Shown: positions 56,523 through 64,000 of the stretch, piece by piece
Layout of the letters: the number at the start of each line of letters is the position of its first letter
How positions within the stretch are numbered: position 1 is the first letter of the stretch
Source of the DNA: a virus
Length of the DNA stretch: 64,000 nt
Strand: one strand, 5' to 3'
IMG/VR virus record: IMGVR_UViG_3300042887_001883
Span: 1-64,000 of that record
Position numbers and translations under genes: made by a program
The notes under the pieces: generated by a model
What the model saw: only the letters and a program-made list of their open reading frames with translations
Told to the model about the DNA's origin: nothing
Database searches by the model: none

Positions 56523-58916
56523 ATGACAAAAAAAACATATTATATTAATTATACAGATGGTTTAAACAAACCATCTTTTAATATCCCTTTCGATGAGGTT
56601 GATAATAGTACATCATTGGTATTATATGGACAAGGTAGAAAAGAATATGCACAAGGCTTGTGGAATAATCTACTACATTTATTAGAGAATTTTGCTAATG
56701 GTAGTCCTAATTATACTGGACCAGATAATCCTACCGAAGGTCAATTATGGTACGATAGTTTTAATAAAATATTAAAAATATATAAAAAAGTAAACAAATC
56801 TCCATTAACTTTAGATATTGCAACACCAGAAAATACCAATGTATCTACTAAAGATGAGTATATTTGGGTGGAAATTGTTGATATTGAATACCTAGAAGCC
56901 ATGTTTGGTTTAGATGGTATGGATGGTCTAATCGGAAAATTGGTTGAATTATTAAAAGATAATAACCAATTATTAGATGCTTTAACATTATATTATGTTC
57001 CTTTTACTGGAGCACAATTATCAGGACAATTATATCTATCGAATGACCCATATGTAAAATATGATAATCCACCGGAATTATATGAAGCATTTTCAGTAGG
57101 ATATTTAAAAAGTTACTTAGATTATTTTGCAAAAACATACAAACCAGAAGAAGGATACTTTGATATTTTTGGAAATTCTTCTAGGGAAGATGATTCTGTT
57201 GGTACCTATGTTCCATTAAATTTAACCAGTGCTAAAACAGTTTCTGGTAATAAAATAACTATTGACAATACCGTATCATTTGATAATAGTTTAGTCGTTC
57301 CTTCAGCCGTTAATGATACTGATTTAGTTAAACGGTTAGATTATGATACTTCATTATCAACAGCATCGATTGTATCTAAAATCAAAGGTAATGAGGATTT
57401 CAAAAAATTAGTAACTGATGCAGTAACTACAGAATTGGTAAAACCTGAAAATACAACTGTGGTATTAACACCAACACCTGCAGTATTATCATCTTATTGT
57501 GTAGTTAATTCTAATCAACTATCTGGTAATGATACTACTCCCCATACAGTACTATCACAAACAGTTAAACCCCATTCCATCAATTCTAAATTCTTAATTA
57601 CAATATCCTTAGTATTATCTAATGGGAGTAAAGCTGGCCAAGCTGTTGCCGGTCTTTATAAAAATAATACTGCACTAGTAGATAAATTTGCAATAGTAGA
57701 GAAAACTGACAATGATGCATTTCCAACATTTTATACATTTGTTGATTCGGCTACTGGTACCGGTGATATGACATATGATATAAAAGTTAATGGTACTAAA
57801 AGTGGAACAGATATTTGGTTAGTTAATCAATCTGCAAATAAGAAGAATTTTGTAACTTCTACCATGACAATTTTAGAATTTAATCAAGTATCTCAACCAT
57901 CATTATTCTGGACGGTTGTAACTGATTTTACTGAAATATCGGCAAATAATAATGTATTCTCTGGAACTATAAAATTATCTTGCTCTAATTGTATCATTAA
58001 TAATAATTTCGTATTTGGTTCTAACGTTGGTAATATTTTTAAAATTGAATCCATTGGGACAAATACTGTAACTGATGTAGTTGCCCTAAAAACATCTAGT
58101 ACCGATACAGAGATAACATTTGATGTTAGTGGAAAATTATCACCTAGTAATGGTAATGTTGTCTGTGCATTTACCGTTAATAGTAATATTTTTACACTCC
58201 CACCAGATTATCCAACAATTTTAAATAGTTTTAAACATATTGATATTCAATGTGTGGATACTGTTACTTCTACTACAACTGCGGCGGGAACCACAACTAC
58301 GCAAGCTCCTACAACCACTACTACGGTGGCCGGTAATACCACTAGTACAACAACGGCGGCTCCTACCACAACATCAACTACTAAAGCCCCAACCACCACG
58401 ACAACAACGTTATATTCCCCCAAAATCGGGGAAGAATTCAAGGGTGGATTCTATTTAGGTGATATTACCGATAATGGGGTTAAATATAGACTTATCGTGG
58501 CTAATAAATCTGTAGGTAGTGGTCTAGCTAAATGGCGAGGTTTTACTGTAAGTAATACTAAGATGGGGGTTACATCATTAACTGATGGTCCCGGAAATAC
58601 CGCAATATTAATAGCATCGCCAGGTCATATAGCTGCTGAATTCTGTGCTAATTTATCACTTAATGGATATACCGATTGGTATTTGCCAGCACATGATGAA
58701 TTAAAAGTAATGTATACCAATCGTACTGCTACACCATTTGCAACCAATAATGGTTTTGCAAGTATTCTTAGGTCTATCCATTGGTCATCATCAGAGGATA
58801 GTAACGGAGCTGCGTGGGAAGTTCATCTTTTATCTAATGAAGCACATACCGACAATCCAGAAACCACCGAATTTAATGTTCGAGCGGTAAGAAGAGAACC
58901 ATATAATGTCTTATAA
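56523..58916 (+). CDS. Fibre protein: anchor, beta-sandwich, Ig-like domain, Thr stalk, DUF1566-like tip
   Basis: Anchor motif; FC..L..NGYTDWYLPAHDEL..HWSSSE..AW..VRAVRR. Confidence 0.78.
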   Translation: MTKKTYYINYTDGLNKPSFNIPFDEVDNSTSLVLYGQGRKEYAQGLWNNLLHLLENFANGSPNYTGPDNPTEGQLWYDSFNKILKIYKKVNKSPLTLDIATPENTNVSTKDEYIWVEIVDIEYLEAMFGLDGMDGLIGKLVELLKDNNQLLDALTLYYVPFTGAQLSGQLYLSNDPYVKYDNPPELYEAFSVGYLKSYLDYFAKTYKPEEGYFDIFGNSSREDDSVGTYVPLNLTSAKTVSGNKITIDNTVSFDNSLVVPSAVNDTDLVKRLDYDTSLSTASIVSKIKGNEDFKKLVTDAVTTELVKPENTTVVLTPTPAVLSSYCVVNSNQLSGNDTTPHTVLSQTVKPHSINSKFLITISLVLSNGSKAGQAVAGLYKNNTALVDKFAIVEKTDNDAFPTFYTFVDSATGTGDMTYDIKVNGTKSGTDIWLVNQSANKKNFVTSTMTILEFNQVSQPSLFWTVVTDFTEISANNNVFSGTIKLSCSNCIINNNFVFGSNVGNIFKIESIGTNTVTDVVALKTSSTDTEITFDVSGKLSPSNGNVVCAFTVNSNIFTLPPDYPTILNSFKHIDIQCVDTVTSTTTAAGTTTTQAPTTTTTVAGNTTSTTTAAPTTTSTTKAPTTTTTTLYSPKIGEEFKGGFYLGDITDNGVKYRLIVANKSVGSGLAKWRGFTVSNTKMGVTSLTDGPGNTAILIASPGHIAAEFCANLSLNGYTDWYLPAHDELKVMYTNRTATPFATNNGFASILRSIHWSSSEDSNGAAWEVHLLSNEAHTDNPETTEFNVRAVRREPYNVL

Positions 58917-61515
58917 AATTGATTATTCTAATGATACAAAAACATCATTAACAATCCTTCCTGATAGTGTTGATGATTCATTACCATTAATATTTTATGG
59001 TTATAATCATAGTAACTATGGGGAAGGATTATGGACTGATTTATTACATTTATTAGAAAATTATGCCAGTGATGGTTCTACATTATTAAATCCGGTAGAG
59101 GGTATGCTATGGTACAATAATGTTAACAAAATATTAGGAATATATAAAACTACTGGATGGTCAGATATTATCGATTTAGAAAAATTCCAAGCTACATACG
59201 GCTCTGATATTGATAATTTATTATCTAATATTATTGCAGAATTAAAAAAATCACCACAAAGTGATAATATAAAAAAGTTAATAGCTGCATTATCTAAATT
59301 ATTTGTTCCATTGACCGGAGGGACATTAACCGGAAATTTATATTTACCTGATGAAATTTATGCCGATTATAAAAAATTACCAAACAATACCCAAAAGGTA
59401 ATAACCAATGGTTTTTTAGAATGGTTTGTGGATGATTATATAACACATTATCAAAAACCATTATCCGCAGGATTTGATGATGGTGGTTTTGGGATAGGAT
59501 TTGATGATGGTGTGATTAATGCTTCAAATCTTGGGGATTTCTTACCGTTGAACGTTGCAGAAGATACTATTATATCTGGAGAGACTTTAAATATATCTGC
59601 AGATTTAGCTTTTGCCAAAGTATTAGTACCGACATCAGTTTCTAATAATTGTGCAATTAATAAAGAATATGCTGATAGTTTATTAACAGAAACTAGCCTA
59701 TTTTCAAAAATTAATAATACTGCTGACTTTATATCAGCTATAGATAATTTGGCAATATATCCAGATAATTCTTCAGATACTACTGCATCTACTGTAAATG
59801 TCAGTGAAGTATTATCTTATATGTCAATATATGATAAATCTGAACAATCTACTGCACCATCTACAACCTTATATACTACCCCATTAAGCATAACCATTAC
59901 CCCGGCATCTATAAATTCTAAATTTTATATTAATGTATCGTTATTATTATCTAACGGCACAACACCTGGGGCGACAATATGTGGATTATATAAAAATGGT
60001 AATGCATTAATTGAAAAATTTAGCATTATTGATAGAGGGTCTGATTCAGATTTGATTGCATCATGTACTACTTTTATTGATTCTACAACCGATATATCCC
60101 CAGTAACATATGATGTTCGAGTTTATAATGAACTGTCTACTGGTAAATGGTATACCAATAAATCTGCCGATGGTTCTAAGACTGGCATATCATATATGAC
60201 TATTTTAGAATACCAAGATACTAATTTTATTAATAATACGTCTGCATATGTTGCACCGACTGTCAATGTACCATTTACATCATCTACCATTGAATATAAA
60301 ATACCTAACCCAACAGCAGAATATTATGAATATACTGTTCCCGATGGTGTCACTAAACTTTCTGTTGATATTATTGGTGCTGGCGGAGGAGCTGGTGGTC
60401 ATGGTGGTGGTTCTAAAAAAGGTGGTAATGGTGGACATGGTGTTAAAATGTCAGCTACTATTACGGTAACACCAAAAGAAGTATTAAAAATATATGTAGG
60501 TTGTGGTGGTGTTGGTGGTGGCTCCTCTAATAAGGATTACAAGTCTACACAGAAAAGTATTTTTAGAAATCCTGATGATTCTACGTTACCAAATATTATT
60601 AATAAACCCAAATTATTAGCTACTGGTTTATTCACCGGAAGCCCTGCAACAAATACCAATTGGTCAAAGTTTATAAACACCAATAATGTTTGGGGTAGTA
60701 ACATGTCAACAAAAATAGACAATGTTAATTTTTTGGCATCATTCCCTAGAAATGCACCATATATAGTTTCATCATCTATCGATAATTATGGGACCATCAA
60801 AATTGATGATGTATTAATTGTAGATGTACCTACTTATAAATTTGTATTTTCTAAATGTACTAATATTTCTAAAGGTAATCATTATGTTAAATTATATGCC
60901 TATAATTCCGATGTTCTACAAGCATTTTCCTTAGATATTAGAGAATCCAGTAGTGGTTTTAATAATGGGGGGGATGGTGGGTCATCTGGTCCAGATGGTT
61001 TTAGTGGTGAAGGTGGCTATGGTGGTGGTTCTTCAGCAATTGTAAAATCTGATGGAACTGTATTATTAGTAGCTGCCGGTGGCGGTGGAGGCGGTGGGGC
61101 AGATTCAAATGGTATACCTACAGGATTAATTATTAATGGTATCCCAAAACCAACTACTGGTACTGTCACATATACTGATAATGGAAATGGGAAAACCCCA
61201 GGTACCGGGTTAGATGGTGGGGGCGGTGGGGGCGGTGGCGGTGGATATGCTACTGATGGGAAAGGTATGGGTATTGGTGGTAATTTTACTACCACGTCTG
61301 CTAATAAAAACACATATGGCGGTGGCGGTAGTGAAGGCGCATCATATATAAATACCGGTTTGGTTACGGTATCATTAAATATGTACCCATCTTTAAAAGG
61401 AACACCAGGATATGGTGGTATTGCTAAAACTAGTACCACCTATGTCGCATCTACAGTTGGCATCAATGAAGATGGTCAATGTGGATATATAAAAATTACC
61501 ACCGTCAATGCATAA
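58906..61515 (+). CDS. Fibre protein: anchor, beta-sandwich, glycine-rich C-terminal domain
   Basis: Anchor motif; YTVPDGV..L.V..IGAGGG..; VAAGGGGGGG; GGGGS. Confidence 0.78.
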   Translation: MSYKIDYSNDTKTSLTILPDSVDDSLPLIFYGYNHSNYGEGLWTDLLHLLENYASDGSTLLNPVEGMLWYNNVNKILGIYKTTGWSDIIDLEKFQATYGSDIDNLLSNIIAELKKSPQSDNIKKLIAALSKLFVPLTGGTLTGNLYLPDEIYADYKKLPNNTQKVITNGFLEWFVDDYITHYQKPLSAGFDDGGFGIGFDDGVINASNLGDFLPLNVAEDTIISGETLNISADLAFAKVLVPTSVSNNCAINKEYADSLLTETSLFSKINNTADFISAIDNLAIYPDNSSDTTASTVNVSEVLSYMSIYDKSEQSTAPSTTLYTTPLSITITPASINSKFYINVSLLLSNGTTPGATICGLYKNGNALIEKFSIIDRGSDSDLIASCTTFIDSTTDISPVTYDVRVYNELSTGKWYTNKSADGSKTGISYMTILEYQDTNFINNTSAYVAPTVNVPFTSSTIEYKIPNPTAEYYEYTVPDGVTKLSVDIIGAGGGAGGHGGGSKKGGNGGHGVKMSATITVTPKEVLKIYVGCGGVGGGSSNKDYKSTQKSIFRNPDDSTLPNIINKPKLLATGLFTGSPATNTNWSKFINTNNVWGSNMSTKIDNVNFLASFPRNAPYIVSSSIDNYGTIKIDDVLIVDVPTYKFVFSKCTNISKGNHYVKLYAYNSDVLQAFSLDIRESSSGFNNGGDGGSSGPDGFSGEGGYGGGSSAIVKSDGTVLLVAAGGGGGGGADSNGIPTGLIINGIPKPTTGTVTYTDNGNGKTPGTGLDGGGGGGGGGGYATDGKGMGIGGNFTTTSANKNTYGGGGSEGASYINTGLVTVSLNMYPSLKGTPGYGGIAKTSTTYVASTVGINEDGQCGYIKITTVNA

Positions 61516-63436
61516 TACCAATATGAAATATTCTATACCATACACTGATACATCAAAAAGTCCCATTGAAATAGAAACCAACACCATTAATACTGATACC
61601 ATATTAAAATTATATGGTCAGGGTTCAGTAAACTATGGGGCGGAATTATGGATTAATTTATTAAAACTTTTAGACCATACATGTAGTGGTGGTGTTAATA
61701 ATTCTGGACCATTGAAACCCATTGAGGGTCAATTATGGTATAATAATTATTCAACCACCTTAAATTTATATAAAACTAACAAATGGGTTCCTATTGTAGA
61801 TAGCCAATATTTGGAAAGTCTTTATGGTACCGGTGGACTTGATGGATTATTGAAAAAAATCGCAGATGCATTATTAGACGATACTACCCCAATGGTTAAA
61901 AGTCTCATAGCAGAATTAAATAAATATTTATTACCATTAACTGGTGGTACAGTATCTGGAAAATTATACTTACCTAAAATAAGTTCGTTAGCAACATTCT
62001 ATGATAAAGCAAAACTCACTGATAAAAATAAGGTTTGTACAATAGAATATCTAAAATGGTTTGTACTAGAATTTGCTAAAAATTATGTACCGCCAAATTC
62101 CCCAGGATTTGATGATAGTCCATTTGGTATAGGGTACGATACGGACCCGACATTATTAGCCGAAGTTTCACCATATGTACCATTAAACATTGTATTACCT
62201 ACTGTTATTACTGGAAGTAATATTACTTTTAGTAATAATGTAATAGCTAATAAGGCTACCGTAGATTTAGTAACAACTAATAATGATGCTATTAATAAAA
62301 AATATTCTGATGACCATACATCAGCATCAGCATTAATGGATATTTTTAAGAATTCAACACCATTCAAAAATGCAATTTCTGGCGAAATTGATAAATTAAT
62401 TAATGCTCCGGCAAACCAATCTACATCAACATCTCCTACTTTAAAATCATATAGCATAACCGATGATGCTATTAAAAATGGTAAAGGTATCACCCCTACT
62501 GATACTGGATTGTCCCTTGCTATAACCCCCCAATCCATAAAATCTAAATTTTTAATAAACATATCATTAACATTATCAAATGGTGATAAACCTGGTACTG
62601 CAATAGGAACATTATATAAAAACAATACCATATTATTACCAAATTTTTGTGTAGTAGATGGGACTAAATTCGATTCTATGCCATATGGTGTCACTTTTAT
62701 AGATAGTGTCACTTCCACTGATAAAGTAACATATGTTGTAAAAGTAAATGGGAACGATGCTAGTGGTGAATGGTTCGTAAATCAATCATCTGATATTACC
62801 AATAAATCAATATCATCGATGACTATTATGGAATTTATTGGAGATACTATAATAACTAAAGGTACTAGTAATTCTGTGGCTTCTATCCTACCAACTACTA
62901 TTGGTGACGTTTATAACGGTGGCGTTTATATAGGTGATATTACAGATGGTGGTGTTAAATATAGATTAATACTATCACCAAAATCAACTGAACTTAATAT
63001 GCAATATATAACTAATAAAGGTTCATCGGTAGGTAATAGAACAAATAATACGATTTCACGTACAAATGGTCCAGAAAATACGAGAATTACATCACAGAGT
63101 ATATTAGATGGATTCTTAGCAGCATGGTATTGTTCAAGATTAGACATAAATGGATATTCTGATTGGTATTTACCAGCAGCAGATGAATTAGTAGTTATGA
63201 GTGTGAATCGAAAAGCACTGTTGACTGGTCCCAATAAAATGGAATGGCTTACCACTTTTAATGGTGGTACTGGAAGTTATACTGCATATTCTGGTGGGTT
63301 TTATTGGTCTTCTACCGATGATGGTAGTGTTCTAACTGCTCTAAAGGTACATTGTCGTGATTATGCATCGAGTGCGGTAACAGAGGTCAAAGAAACTGTT
63401 TGTCATGTTAGAGCAATCAGACGTGAACCATATTAA
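61508..63436 (+). CDS. Fibre protein: anchor, beta-sandwich, DUF1566-like tip (start may be 61523)
   Basis: LKLYGQG..YG..LW.NLL.LL..EGQLWY; YC..L..NGYSDWYLPAADEL..YWSST..VRAIRR. Confidence 0.78.
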   Translation: MHNTNMKYSIPYTDTSKSPIEIETNTINTDTILKLYGQGSVNYGAELWINLLKLLDHTCSGGVNNSGPLKPIEGQLWYNNYSTTLNLYKTNKWVPIVDSQYLESLYGTGGLDGLLKKIADALLDDTTPMVKSLIAELNKYLLPLTGGTVSGKLYLPKISSLATFYDKAKLTDKNKVCTIEYLKWFVLEFAKNYVPPNSPGFDDSPFGIGYDTDPTLLAEVSPYVPLNIVLPTVITGSNITFSNNVIANKATVDLVTTNNDAINKKYSDDHTSASALMDIFKNSTPFKNAISGEIDKLINAPANQSTSTSPTLKSYSITDDAIKNGKGITPTDTGLSLAITPQSIKSKFLINISLTLSNGDKPGTAIGTLYKNNTILLPNFCVVDGTKFDSMPYGVTFIDSVTSTDKVTYVVKVNGNDASGEWFVNQSSDITNKSISSMTIMEFIGDTIITKGTSNSVASILPTTIGDVYNGGVYIGDITDGGVKYRLILSPKSTELNMQYITNKGSSVGNRTNNTISRTNGPENTRITSQSILDGFLAAWYCSRLDINGYSDWYLPAADELVVMSVNRKALLTGPNKMEWLTTFNGGTGSYTAYSGGFYWSSTDDGSVLTALKVHCRDYASSAVTEVKETVCHVRAIRREPY

Positions 63437-63447
63437 TAGTTATGGAT

Positions 63448-63477
63448 AAAAAAGCCCCTCTTCGAGGGGCTTTTTTT
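63448..63477. terminator. Bidirectional rho-independent terminator
   Basis: A6-GCCCCTC-TTC-GAGGGGC-T7. Confidence 0.9.
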
Positions 63478-63487
63478 ATCATATTTT

Positions 63488-64000
63488 TTAGTATAATCTA
63501 GCCATACCCATCTTTGTAGTATTAAATTTTATAACAGTTGTATTATTATCAATATGTGTTACTGATAATGGAGTATAGATTACATTATTAATAAACACTT
63601 CTACTGTTGGTATAAATCCTAATTGGTGATGAATAGTCCATATGGTTGAAGATATAGTAGAATTATACTCAAATATATTAGTTGTTGATGGTGATGCAAT
63701 ATGAGTAACATCTAATTTATCGGTGCTTTCTACTTCAATTTCTAAAGTATATGTCAAATACCATGTGCTAACGGCAGGTTTATCCAATGGGTCGAATATT
63801 AAATGGGTTAATAATCGTGGTGCTTCTTTATCCGGTTTATTAGGATTATTCTTATCTTTACGCAAATTATCGGCAAGCCAGTTGTCCATATTTTTAACAT
63901 TATGTGGTTTTTCGACAACGGTAAATGCTTTTAAATTTTTGAACAACCAATTGCTTGGTGGGGTTTTAGGTATTTGAATATCTATTTTATTTTGTTCACA
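63488..64000 (-). CDS. Partial virion/baseplate-associated protein (5' end outside the window)
   Basis: Frame is open from the window edge to the stop at 63488. RLLTHLIF.P..K..LTYTL and WTIHHQLG..P.V.V motifs. Confidence 0.6.
   Translation of the reverse strand, partial: CEQNKIDIQIPKTPPSNWLFKNLKAFTVVEKPHNVKNMDNWLADNLRKDKNNPNKPDKEAPRLLTHLIFDPLDKPAVSTWYLTYTLEIEVESTDKLDVTHIASPSTTNIFEYNSTISSTIWTIHHQLGFIPTVEVFINNVIYTPLSVTHIDNNTTVIKFNTTKMGMARLY

Noticed and set aside
61017-61439. Pro-rich antisense ORF, and other short overlapping ORFs in the six-frame track
   Set aside because: Shadows of real genes (here the Gly-rich domain), fully nested on the opposite strand or in another frame.
58780-63436. 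Active diversity-generating retroelement (TR/VR pair)
   Set aside because: The two most similar tip regions differ at all base types and in length. No near-identical template repeat or reverse transcriptase is present in the window.
1-64000. Stop-codon reassignment, as seen in some large phages
   Set aside because: Core genes are full length under the standard code, and TAA, TAG and TGA all end conserved genes. The one suspicious internal stop is TAA.

Overview
AT-rich (roughly 30% GC by eye) segment of a large T4-related (jumbo-type) myophage, covering the virion morphogenesis region. The genetic code is standard and gene order is rearranged relative to T4. Recognisable core genes: prohead protease (gp21), probable tape measure, baseplate hub/spike (gp5), gp25, gp6 wedge, neck/tail-completion genes (gp13, gp15, gp14), tail sheath (gp18) divergent from tail tube (gp19), a second tube-like protein, gp4, small and large terminase, and a GH24 lysozyme. 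Transcription signals are T4-like late promoters (NATAAATA, often back-to-back) and GC-rich bidirectional terminators. Several antisense orphan genes carry their own sigma70 promoters. Main findings: (1) a free-standing GIY-YIG (Seg-like) nuclease carrying 12 tandem CxxC..HxxxC zinc fingers with variable putative recognition helices, a candidate natural zinc-finger nuclease; it is flanked by related hairpins and lies near a 57-58-bp tandem array sharing the same dyad motif. (2) Sixteen paralogous fibre/appendage genes share one N-terminal anchor module and carry interchangeable tips (TerD-like, DUF1566/C-type-lectin-like, Gly-rich, adhesin Ig-like, helical), often on mucin-like Thr stalks. (3) An HNH/AP2 endonuclease with three HNH modules sits between terS and terL. 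(4) Two adjacent ADP-ribosyltransferase-like proteins have head-protein-type leaders. (5) GATC appears to be avoided. All domain calls were made by eye from motifs; no searches were run.
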